A stretch of DNA of 64,000 bases. Origin: Amphiscolops sp. MND2022. Lineage: Eukaryota. Location of the stretch: contig OZ076413.1 in the NCBI GenBank assembly GCA_964187785.1, positions 43,526,001 to 43,590,000 on the forward strand, in the 5' to 3' direction. The translations under genes and the position numbers were made by a program. The notes beneath the pieces were generated by a model. It was not told where the DNA came from. It searched no databases and worked only from the letters and a program-made list of their open reading frames with translations. Shown here piece by piece: positions 1 through 10,900 of the stretch. The stretch's first letter is position 1, and every line of letters starts with the position of its first letter.

Positions 1-1
1 A

Positions 2-1710
2 GTTTCCGAAAAAAATAAATTTTCACAAGCTGAACGACAGTATGTTGCTTTTATCTCCAAACAACATCACGACCAAAACCCAAGTTGTTCAGTGACCACT
101 CGTTTCACAAATATGCGCCACCAAGTTAGAACACTCGTTCCCGATGCTACTTGTGTGTCCTGTAAAACTGTTTGGGAATTTATGGGATGTTATCATCACG
201 CTCATGACTGTATGAGTTTGGTTAGTTGACAAAATTTTAATTTTGAAACAATGAACCGTACACTTTTTTCTGAAGTGCTTCAAACTGCTAAATGTTTCAG
301 CCGCCTCTAATTCATGGAAAAACACCGGCGAAAATACGTGAAAATGAAAAGGAGCGTACGGAAGTTATTCTAAATGCAGGTTACCGTGTGATTGAGCAAT
401 GGGAGTGTCAATGGAATCAGCCTAAAGAAACAGACCCCGAAATAAAAGAGTTTGTGAGAAAATTTGATTGTCTACCACAAAAGTTTTCAACGTTGGAGAC
501 TTTTCTCAATGCAGTTCTGAAAGAAAAAGTCTATGGAATAGCTGAAATTGACATCCACGTTCCAGATCACTTGAAGGAACACTTTAAAGAACTTCCACCC
601 ATCTTCAAAAATACAACTGTCGAAAGGCAACATCTTTCCGCGGAAATGCAAGATTATGCCAGAGAGTTCGGTTTGATGAAAAACGGTTGGAAATGTCTTG
701 TCGCCAGCTACTTTGGAGAAAAGATAATTTTATCTTCCGACTACATCAAGTGGTGTTTAGAACATGGTTTGGTTGTTACAAAATGCTACCAGTTTCTTTG
801 TTACAAAAAAGCACAACCCTTCAAAGATTTTTTGGATTTTGTAACAGAAAACAGACGTCGAGGAGATGTAGACAAGTCGCTCAGTGTGATTGCAGAAACA
901 TCCAAACTTATTGGAAACAGCGCATATGGCATCCAACTCATAAACAAATCAAAATTTCAAAACACGCTTTTTGTTGATGAAAGAAAAGTTGATCAAAAAA
1001 TCAATTCCCCGAAATTCCGGTCCTATGACATTGTGGATGAAAAAATATACGAAACTAACATGGCTAAAAGAAAAATTGTGCACGATGAACCCATTCTCGT
1101 TGGTTTTACAGTACTAAACAATGGAAAACAAAGAATGTTGGAGTTTCGTTACGACTTTCTCGGCAGAATTATGAGACCAAGGTCTTTTCGGGCTATGGAG
1201 ATGGACACCGACTCTTTCTACATGGCTTTGACAGAAAACGACCTCTTCGATTGTTTCACTGAGGCTGCATAGACACAAATGCAAGAAAATTCAAAGCATT
1301 ATCATGAAGAAGAAGATTGCTATCTACCAAATGCTCAACTGAATTTTCTAACACGAAGCTGCTGTAAAGAACACGGTGCAATGGATAAAAGAATACCTGG
1401 ATTTTTCAAAATTGAATGGAAAGGAAGGGAAATGATTTGTCTCAACAGCAAAACCTACTGTGCATTTAACGAAAACAACAAAAAGATGAAAATGGCTCTC
1501 AAGGGAAGCAACAAAAATCTAGAGTCGCCATTGGAAAGATTTAAATCTGTCTTGTTCAACAAAGTGCCCTACGAAGGAACTAACAAGGGATTTCGCTACT
1601 ACCGAGGAAACATGTTCACATATAAACAAAACAAAATGTCTATAACATATTTTTATTACAAACGATTTGTGCATGCTGATGGTGTTACAACATCCTCAAT
1701 AAATGTATAA
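2..1710 (+). pseudogene. polB: Family B DNA polymerase (Polinton type), C-terminal part, with Vsr/DUF559-like nuclease insert; exons 2-220 and 301-1710; one in-frame TAG at 1270-1272
   Basis: Motif B SKLIGNSAYG, motif C MEMDTDSFY, then PGFFKIEW...LNSKTY. Nuclease-like VPDA...TVWEFMGCYHHAHDC in frame 2 of 2-220 and GYRVIEQWECQW after 301. ORFs 292-1272 and 1279-1710 are in the same frame. Confidence 0.88.
221..300 (+). other. Spliceosomal intron in polB (80 bp, phase 0)
   Basis: TTG|GTTAGT...AATGTTTCAG|CCG. Removal joins HAHDCMSL to PPLIHGKT in frame; the unspliced frame stops at 227-229. Confidence 0.75.
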
Positions 1711-1802
1711 CGTAACTCTGAAGTTTTTTCTCTATAAAACTGGTTTGAATATATTTGTTTTTTTTCTTTCAGTTTCGACGAAAGCTCATAAACTTTTCAG
1801 AA

Positions 1803-2627
1803 ATGGCTAACAATGAATGGACACCACCGACTCGAAAAAATACAACTGTTCCTCCTACTGTTTTTCGCAAAGAGAAGAAGAGGACGAAACAAGCAATTAT
1901 TGGATTAGGTAAAAATTTAAACATAATCCAACCGGAGGTGAAATATAGTCCAATTGCGAGTTTGTATTAATGATGTTTCAGACACACCTCTTGGTGATGA
2001 CAGCACAGTTAGTCAAAAAAATACTGCCCCTAACAGTAACAAACAAAATAAAGTGTTGTTTCCGGACGATGCTGCGGAATACCAAGTTGATGAATCAGAA
2101 AGGAACCTTTTTGAGAAATTGTTCATAGAGGATGATAAAAACAAGGTCGCATGGTACTTTGAGGATGATAAAGCTGATGGTAACAACAAGCCATCCACAA
2201 GTAGCTATCTTGAACAAAGTTTAAAGGTAATCTTTGCTTTTTCTTGCTGTAAAAGTCTCTGACATGGACAAGGTTAATTTTGCTTTAGAACACTGATAAT
2301 TTGAACATGGAGGAGCTTGAATTGCTGAAAAAAGTGGAACTGCTCGAAGACAAAGTTTCAAAAGCTACAACCTCAGATTTAGAGGTACAAGTGATGGTAA
2401 CTGACTTTTGTCCTCTGTGAGTATTCAATTCACGAATGTTTGTAAAGCTTTTTACTTTTATTCAGAAAATGCAAAGCAAAACTTGCACGTTTGCTGAATT
2501 ATTTCCTGACATGGTTGACTCGTCGGGAGAGCCCTTGCTAACAATGGAAGACTTAGAGACTGCAAAAACGCTTGCTCAACAGTTTGAATTAGCGTCTCGG
2601 AAAAGAAAAAATCCGTCAGATTCGTGA
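1803..2627 (+). CDS. Orphan Polinton gene, 4 exons (1803-1908, 1982-2226, 2289-2384 or -2396, 2466-2627); charged protein of about 200 aa with NLS-like patches
   Basis: GT-AG introns of 73, 62 and 81 (or 69) bp with compatible phases (1,0,0) join three ORF-track fragments and one small exon into one open frame. Basic patches RKEKKRTK and SRKRK. Confidence 0.65.
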
Positions 2628-2723
2628 AAAAGGTTAAAAGAGTTTAAAAATTTTGGTTTTCATGTTCACCCAGAAATCATGAAAATATTATTCTTTCCAG
2701 GTTTTTCGACATTATCATACAAA

Positions 2724-3221
2724 CTACTCATCATCAATCATCCAGTCTTGCAAAGTGTCGTCAATTTGTTGAACCTGATCCAGCCATGACAACAAGCGTT
2801 CAAACAGTTCTACAACCTCAACATTGAGATGCATCAGACCATCATCACCATCATCATCTTCGTCAAATGACACCATTGAATTATAACCGCTGTCTGTTGC
2901 AAGACTGTCCGAATCATTGCTCAAATTCTCAATATCCATAAATCTCTAAATTCAAAGTAGTATTCACGAAAACACAAATGTAGAGAATTTACACTTTTCG
3001 CTTTGAACCATCAGTGTTTTTTTGCCGAAAAGTAGCCCTTGCACAAATACTAGGAAAGAATATTGAGGATGTGCTGAGGCTCAAACCTGGATACCAACAG
3101 ATCCCACTAGAAGGAAGAAGGCAAGATAATTAAGATTTGTGCAAAGTACTACTTTATCACCCAGCAAACTAACTACTTTTAGACTCAGTTTTTGCTTGGC
3201 TCATGGAAAAAACCATTCCAT
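2724..3221 (-). pseudogene. Orphan Polinton gene, 3 exons (3221-3174, 3106-2993, 2945-2724); acidic C-terminus with DSGYNS; three in-frame stops in exons 1-2
   Basis: Phase-0 GT-AG introns of 67 and 47 bp give MEWFFP*AKQKLSLKV|WDLLVSRFEPQHILNILS*YLCKGYFSAKKH*WFKAKS|RFMDIENLS...; the last exon is ORF 2724-2939. Confidence 0.5.
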
Positions 3222-3241
3222 TTTTGTTAGTCGCTCTTTTT

Positions 3242-3329
3242 CGTCAACCAATGAAATGCAATGATTGGTGACGTTATTCCAAATGTTTTTGCATTCGGTT
3301 ATGTCTTTGTGTCGCAATCATGACGTCAT
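3242..3329. promoter_or_regulatory. Promoter-like motif cluster near the Polinton terminus (inverted CCAAT pair flanked by CRE half-sites, plus a full CRE palindrome)
   Basis: CGTCAACCAAT...ATTGGTGACG at 3242-3273 and ATGACGTCAT at 3320-3329, directly upstream of the minus-strand gene. Confidence 0.4.
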
Positions 3330-4029
3330 TTGGAGTCTGCGTTATGACCATATTTGGTTACTCACTCAACCCCCACCGCTTATAATACTACGTACTTTTA
3401 CTACTGCCCAGGCTTGAGTATAGTCTCCTGCCCAGGCAACCTAAGCCCTGACCCTACTGAACGTCAGCGCAAGATGGTGGTAGAGCGCAATTGCGCAGTT
3501 CATAAAGTTGAGCCCGGACTTGGATCTATCAGGAATGACAAACTCCAGCAAACATGTTCCAAGCTTTCAGGACCCAGTTTGGGACCGAGATCAAGGAAAT
3601 ACCTCTATGGTCTCTTGGCGTATCAACTATAACCGGGATAACGCGGAGCCAAGGTGCAAACGTGGACGCACGACACAACCACTGCACCGGGTTTATTACC
3701 TCTTCAGAAGTTTTTGCCCAGAACGAAGCACGAAACCCGTGCTAATTTGGTTAAACTGGCGATGAACAAGAAACTGGCCAAAGTATAGAAAAGAATGCTG
3801 GAAGCGGACAAAAATACGAGTTTGCGAATGTCACAGACGCGAACATATTAGCAAGAAAGGTAAAACTGATTGGTGGTAAATTAATGGAATACAAGGAACT
3901 AAAGAAAGGAAAAAGAACATTGGACACGTCCATTTTCTGCATTACCGAGTCAGTTCATGAACTGAAAAAAGACAAAGCAAGAAACACAAAGAGCTCTTCA
4001 GTTACTTTTGGTCCTGTGACACTTATGAG

Positions 4030-4432
4030 AGTTTCCGCAGTAATTGTGGAAAAAAACCTACGTTTTTGGCACTCTGGGACATTTTTCGAAACTCCATTTG
4101 GTCAAAAGTCAGCTCCTTAAATTTCTTCAAAAAAGTTTTCGTCTTGGAGAAAGTTCTCGTTTTGCGAGTTCAAAGAGTTTTTGGGTTTTTCGCCATTGTG
4201 ACTTTTTCGAAAGAAATAGTTTTTGAAAGTTTTCTGCAAACATTGAGTTTTTTGATGTTTCGAGTGAGAGAAAAAAGCAATTTTCGAATGTTATGGGTAT
4301 AGTTTCAGGTATTTTTTGTCGCCGTACGTTTAATAACGGTTTTCAAAATGATATCCATTTGCATATTTAAAGCATTTCACTCTGTTTCAACCTTGTGCGG
4401 GACGCTGTCTTGTGCCTTTACCGGCTTATTTT
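4030..4432 (+). mobile_element. Decayed HINE-like fragment (3' end)
   Basis: Ends GACGCTGTCTTGTGCCTTTACCGGCTTATT, resembling the GCCGACTTGGGCCGGTCCCGGCTTGTT end at 60876-60902; internal TTTTGGCACT...TTTTTCGAAA motifs. Confidence 0.35.
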
Positions 4433-5098
4433 GGATTGTTGTACCAGTTATTGTACGAACTTCGCAAAAACCACACAGCTCAACGGATTCTCAAAAACTT
4501 CTGTGTCCCAGTCTGTAAAAGACATTCAACACATACGCAAGATTTGCTTTCAGTGCAAACTTTCCGCCCAGATTAACAAACCAAGCGTTGCTAATTACAC
4601 GTGGAACAATCTGCCAAATATTTTAAAACTTAACTGATTACCTTAGTGGGATTTGATTGGACGGATTGAAGAAAAGCACCGTGGTTTCATCGCTTTACTA
4701 TCCATGACACAGTAGAGTAACTTAGGTAGCAGCATCTTCGTAACATTATAGAAAGAAAAACAAACGCGTTAATTGATAAAACGGAAATGACTATTGAGCG
4801 GTGCTTCTAAGATAATGGGAACGTGTGAAGGAACGGATTTTACTGTTCCTATATCTAGGAAAACTGTATCTAACGTTGTTGATCTGCTGGCGTATAAACG
4901 AACGCGGAGTGCGCATTTGTGGAAAAATCAAAGCGGGGAAACCTTGAGTAAGTCTTTTCAAAAAGACACAGACCACACGAAAGTTAGTCGATGAATTACA
5001 TTACGTCAGACGAACCAAGGCAGAAATCAGCAGTGTGCAGAAATCAATAACCTAAATGGTTCTTATAAGACTATTATAAACTTTTGGGGGTTCTCGTC

Positions 5099-5511
5099 CC
5101 CAGGTTGACCCCATACTCAGAAATGGTGAATCATACTATGTCATAGTATGATCATGGTGAAAAATGATCATCACAATATAGTCATAGTATGGTCATTTTA
5201 TGACTAGCATGGCAATGATTATGGTCATAGTATGAGTTACCATGTTCGAAAATTTTCAAAAATTCGAAGTCCGCTTAGCGGAAAAATTTGAAATTTGAAA
5301 TACATCAAAAAGTGAGGGATGTTGCCATGTCTTACATCTCGATTTTCAATCTAGAATACATCGTTCCTCATACTATGATCATGCTATGTTCATATTATGA
5401 TACATGGTCGCCATGGTACGGTCTTGGCATGATCATGATCATGGAATGACCATGATCATAGTATGATTATACTATGATCATAGCATGGTGAGTATGGTTG
5501 GTCAACCTGGG
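5099..5511. mobile_element. Non-autonomous CACTA/EnSpm-type element (CCC termini, 2-bp TSD TC)
   Basis: TIR CCCAGGTTGACC / GGTCAACCTGGG, TC on both flanks, subterminal CATAGTATGATC-type repeats. Confidence 0.8.
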
Positions 5512-6607
5512 TCACCTGTAAAACTCAGCTATGATGAGTTCGGAAAAGCAGAACTGAATTTTGAAACTCAAATCTTTTGAAACTGAAACTCGAACTCGAA
5601 TAGCAACTTCAATTTCTAGCCTATTACACCTATAGCTTTGACTTTTTTCTGTATAACTTTTTTCTAAATATAGATTCTTTGCAGGTCTGTACGAAGAAAT
5701 AGTAGGAATTTGGAAGACGGTGCTTATGACTATAATGGGTTGGAGAGTATCAGTTTACCATCAAATCTTGTGTTTGCGATGTACATGCTTTTGACGATCG
5801 TCGACAGTTTTACCAGTTCCGACAGCTAATGTGATGATGAGCAAATGATCAAGTAGAGAGCTCGTATTAACAACTTCATATTTTTGTCAGGAAACGCCGT
5901 GCTATAAAAAACCCTTCACAAGTATATGAGAGAATGAATCATTTACAGAAATTGTAGAAACTTAGAGAAACCCAAACCCAATGTGAATCTTCGAATGTAA
6001 GAGTAAATATCAATCTTCGAAAAACTTCTCATCTTCGTATATGTTCTACCGCATCTGAAGCTAGCAGTCGTTTTTTTATAGTTCATAGAACCAAATCACT
6101 TAGGTGGATTATTATGTTTAGAACTTTATGATTGATGGAGCGAGCAGCGAGTCTACTACTGTCTTCTATACTCTATTTGTTCCATAAAGATTGTTCCTCG
6201 ACTTTTGCATTAGCATTTTGAACCATTTCGGATGCAAACTACTGATTGATCGTTTAAGAAATAACCGTAAACTCAAATAGCTCCCATCATTGTAATTTGC
6301 TTGCATATTCCAGCGAAAAAAAATTGAAAACATAATTTCGTGAGAACAGCTGCCGAATAATAATCATGATGACGCTCATGAGCATATGCGTGGATGTCTG
6401 TGTAAGTTTCTTTCGCGACCATTCTTGTATGATCATGGCGTATTCTATCAGTGGTCATGTCGAGATCACCTCCAGAACTTGACAATGCCGTCGTGTCTTT
6501 CATGTATTTTGATGAAAAGCTCACGTCTTAGACAGGACATGAACAATTGATTTATGCGAATTTGATCGCCGATCACAATTACTATAGCCCAATATGCAAT
6601 ACAGAAT

Positions 6608-6856
6608 GGCCGTTTTTTACAACGTAACAAAATGACAAATTTTCAAATAAAACAAAATGACTAATTTAGAAAGCATCATTTTATCAAGTTAATCGTCTCA
6701 ATTTTTTTTCATTGGTTGCATGACACGGCCTTCCTCTTTCCGGGGTTTTTCGCTGGTCGAGTATTGGCACGTCGCTCCGCTTGGCTTCGCTCCTTTTCGT
6801 AGAGCACTTCCTTTCGTAGCTGATTACGTCCTTTTGTTACGTTTTATAAATCGGCC
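6608..6856. mobile_element. MITE with ~29-bp imperfect TIRs (GGCC termini, PIF/Harbinger-like)
   Basis: GGCCGTTTTTTACAACGTAACAAAATGAC versus reverse complement of the right end GGCCGATTTATAAAACGTAACAAAAGGAC. Confidence 0.65.
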
Positions 6857-6877
6857 TATAAATGTCTATAGCAGTCG

Positions 6878-7513
6878 CCCGTACTGAGATTCCATTCAAT
6901 CCCATCGATGGGCCCATCGCAGCCCATCGATGGCCATCGATGGGATTTTAATTATGGCCCAACGCGTTGTGGCCCCTAGGGAACCTTTGAGATGCAAATT
7001 TCTAATTTTATCCAACTGACATTTTCAGCCTATCTAAGCTTTATCGCGCCTGAAAATCACTCTTTTCGGTCATTTGCCTAGACATTGGTTCTTTCCGATT
7101 GGTTGTTGCTCAACTAGTAGCAGTTGACGTCCGAAAAAGTTTTCGCTACGTAGTGCAGTTTCGCCAAATATTTCAGTTCAGCTTTGAGATCCATCAAATT
7201 AAGGGCGAAATTGTATCGAAAACGGAAAATCTTCAAATACAACGATGCCCGATCAGAAGATTTGAATATTTAACTGTTTTTCAATCAAAACTGCAGTTTT
7301 CAGGCCTGAGCGACGTGAAAAACTGCAGTTTTGGTTGAATATATAGAATCCGCCGAAATTTTGAACATGGCCGTTTCGAACGAATTTTTGGGATCAAAAA
7401 GTTTCGATTTCCATCGATTGGATCATCGTTCACAAAAGCCCATCAATCCCCATTGATGGGCCCAATGGGACTGCGATGGCCATCGATGAACTGCGATGGG
7501 ATCTCAGTACCGA
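6878..7513. mobile_element. Non-autonomous CACTA/EnSpm-type element (2-bp TSD CG)
   Basis: CCCGTACTGAGAT ... ATCTCAGTACCGA (right tip mutated), CG on both flanks, subterminal CCATCGATGG palindromes at both ends. Confidence 0.72.
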
Positions 7514-7741
7514 CGGTCATTTTGTTGCGTTTCCAACTGAAGCAGTTTTGATTGGTTTCATGATCGGGATGACCCGTGTTGGCATCCCATGCATTTCCAT
7601 GCATGATAATGTGAATTACATATTTGCTTACATACATAAGATAATGTTATTAAGCAGTCTGATGAAGTTGTTAAAACACAAGAGCTGAGAAAATCTCTAT
7701 CAAAAGGGTTATCTTCGTTCATGGTAAGTAAGTTTTGCCTT

Positions 7742-7963
7742 TGTTGTATCTAGTTTCTATAGTGAAAAGATTGTATGTTGTCTAAGAATTAACTTCTTTC
7801 TTTCACGATTCTTTTTCTAGCACTGAGTTAAGAATTCATCTGCTCTTAAGTGGCAGGACTGGTATTTAATCAAATGAGTACAATAATAAATATAAACAAG
7901 AGACAGATTTTAATGTTAAACTATTAATGTTCATAGTTTGTAGTAGTTCGTCTGTCCTCTACA
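7742..7963 (-). repeat. 3' LTR of the Gypsy element (222 bp)
   Basis: Near-identical to 13664-13873; preceded on the minus strand by PPT AGTAGAAGGGGGAA (7964-7977). Confidence 0.95.
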
Positions 7964-10900
7964 TTCCCCCTTCTACTATTGGCTGATGATCTGCCAATGG
8001 GGGTGTTCTGCTTTTCGTTGTGGCGGTTGTTCCTCCACTGGTCCAATGTTTGGTGAGCGGTAAACCGTTCACGGCTATTGTATGTGTTGCGGTGATTGGT
8101 TGTCCGTAACGTCTGTAATTTGTCTTGCGACTGGTTCAGGTGCTTTCTTCCCCCTCCTGTCCGGTCTCTGTTTGGCTCGGTATGGGTCCCGAGTTCAGCC
8201 TTTCTACGGTATGACCTGTAATCATGACATATTGGGTTATTGTATCTTACGATAGGGTTGGTTTTTGTCAATCTTTTTGATCTGCGTATAGGTTCGTTTT
8301 CTTCTGTTTCAATTTCAGTACTGGGACTCAAGGTACTTGCTAAGTCTAGTTCAGAATTTTCTAGGATTTCTTCAAATGGACGTGGCTGGGTTTTATTTAT
8401 CAGTTAATACCTTACCGTTATCGTCTCGGATAAAAACTTCCTGTTCGGCAATTTTAGCGTCTTCTATGGCACGGTCTACTTCCGTGTCCGTCATGTTTGT
8501 GGTTGTTATGGTTAAAGGGCCTGTACTGTTTCCTTGTGTATGGTTGTTGTCGGGGCTGGTTTGGTGCGAGTTTGAGCTGTTTCGGTCTCTGATCAGCTTG
8601 GGCCTGACTCGGCCAAGTGAACCCTTCTTCATTACCGTTGTATTGGGGGACTCCGGTGTCTTTTGGTTTGCCCATTCCATCAACGGTGCCTCCGAGTCGT
8701 CTTCGGAGTCGATCAACATTGCTCGTCTCTGTTTGGATGGTGATCTGATAAACCGGCCGTCCGCTCCGCGTGGTCCGGTCCCTCTGTTGTTGTTTTCCTG
8801 TTTAAATGTTTCAATTGTTTTACTGATTAGTTTTCTGTGTATTATTCTTCCGTTAGGTGTGATTACGGTATGGCTTGTGCCCGATATTGCTAGTTGTGGT
8901 TTATCGGAATATGCACTTTCAAACTTATTTCGTTGATGTTTCTTTTCTAGAAATGAAAAGGGATAGTTACTTACTCCTTTTTCGCTTTCTTTGGCTTCAT
9001 GGGTAGCTGGTCAGACACACCGCCAGCTCCACTGAAAGAATATACCTGCAAGGTATCTGGTTTGGCTGAAACGGAACTTTTTGTTAGTTTTTCTATTTCG
9101 CCAAGGTTTAGTAGGTTGCTTATTTCCGTATTCGGTTTTCTGCCGTAGTGTAATTCGAAAACGGATTTTTTCAATCGCGTGTGTGGCGTTCTTCTCATTA
9201 CGTCTAGAGACATGTCTAGGGCTTTTCCAAATCGTTCTCCGGCTTTTAAGTTAGTTAGGAGGTTTTCTTTCAAGGTTCTAACTCCTCTTTCTACCAGTCC
9301 GGTAGGTGTGTGTATATACGGTGTCCCGTATATTAGCTTGATGTAATGTTTTTTACAGAAATCCCTGAAAAAGTGTCCCGTAAAAGCAGTGGCTCTATCC
9401 GACCTTATTGTTTTCGGTATACCGTTTAGTTGAATATATTGTTCGAGAAATTTTACCGCCGTTTCACCGTCCGTGGATGTGCAAAAACTCCCGGCTGGCC
9501 ATTTGCTGTACCGGTCCATGGATAGTAAGATATAGAACCGACGGTTGTTTTCCGTGATTGGTCCGATGAAATCCATTTGGATTTCTTCGTTTGGATTATT
9601 TAATGGTGGGAGGCTACTTGTTTCCGTACTTGGGATGTTAGGGTTAATGTTCTTACAAGACATTTTGCAGGGAAGACATGTCTCGCACTTCTTTTGTATC
9701 GCCTCCGTCATTCGTGGCCACCAGAAGTGTCGTGCGGCGAGGGTCATCTTATTAATGGCAGGATGGCCCTTGTGAAGCAAGCTGATAACGGTGGCTCGGA
9801 GATTTTTCGGGACAATGATTTTATCCTCGATGAAGACTAAGCCGAACCTGCTCGAGAGTTTTCTTTTGTGTGTTTGATTTTCGTCTGGTAATAATTCATG
9901 TTGTTGTCGCTCCAGACAAGCCAGAGTCTTCAGTAGGGTAGGGTCGTTGGTTGTTTCAGTCATCAACAGTTGTAGGTCTGTTGAAAAATTCTTTTCCGTT
10001 TCGCGAACGGCTTGCTCCAAATCCCAGTTGTTTTCTTCTTGTGCTGCTATTTTAGGGGCGTGGTCCATTTTGACGTACTGGACACTTTTTACCCCTACGT
10101 ATTTTGCCCAGTTCCAAGCGGGTACTTCCAGGATAGACGGGTCCTGGTCCGTCTCAGAGTCAATTTCGCCTTCTTCCATCGGTACCGGGTCGTACTGTTG
10201 GTCGGTACTTGTTGTGGCTAGCTGTCTGACTGGGTTTTGTTGTTGTTGTTGGGCCGGTGTCGGTCAATCTACTTCCCAAAAGGGATCTACGGTCCATTGC
10301 TCTGACCGTCTCGTTTGCGGTTGGAGCCCCCGCTGTGTTGTGGACCGATTTTTTGTCGTAAGTCGTGTTGTTCCCGGCCCCGCATTATTTGTTGTAATCT
10401 TTCTTCGATTACTTTCCTTTCGCTTCGTAGAAATTTCGGCTCGTGGTATTTCTTCCACTTTCCCCCGGTTAGGCGGTAAATACCGGGTTTAATAATGTCT
10501 TTCCATCGTTGTATTACCTCGGCGGTTTCAACCAATGGATCGGTAGCGGCGATTTGATCAATGGTTCTGACGTCCATTGTTGAATTTGAGTTTGGAGGTT
10601 TATCTTTTATACGTGTTGATGCTGTGTTGTTAAGGCAATTATTGGCGGTTTGTTCACGCGTTTCTTTTGACCGTAACTTATTATTTGCTTTGTGTTCGCT
10701 TTTGTCCGTTTCGCCTTCTGATTGGTCGAATTGGTTGCTAAGGCAACCGTATTTGGAAATGAATTTGTAGTGTGGCAAGATGTTGTTAATTACATATTCT
10801 TCGTCGTATGCGTCATCCGTTTGCGGCGGCGCTGTCGGATTTCTACTCAAATAGTCCGTGAGCGCTAAATGTTTGCCTGCGATATGGTTCACATTGATGT

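Larger units (their letters stand above)
1..3405 (+). mobile_element. Polinton/Maverick (adintovirus-like) element, right end; continues off the left edge of the window
   Basis: Encodes a protein-primed-type PolB. The region ends in ...TAATACTACGTACTTTTACTACT at 3405, matching the AGTAGT.../...ACTACT termini known for Polintons. The left TIR, integrase, ATPase and capsid genes are not in the window. Confidence 0.78.
5685..7723 (+). other. Putative host gene exons (5685-5780, 5891-5920, 6350-6401, 7658-7723), product unknown
   Basis: Phase-compatible AG/GT exons give ...LVFAMKRRAIKTLHNCRIIIMMTLMSICVDVCSDEVVKTQELRKSLSKGLSSFM; two donors are GTAAGT. No recognisable homology. Confidence 0.3.

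Noticed and set aside
1270..1272. Stop-codon readthrough or alternative genetic code in polB
   Set aside because: A single TAG, with both TAG and TGA interruptions in the neighbouring gene; nonsense mutation is the simpler explanation.
3406..4030. GC-richer coding-like stretch flanking the Polinton end
   Set aside because: Fragmented frames with no recognisable motif; probably an old TE relic used as the insertion target.
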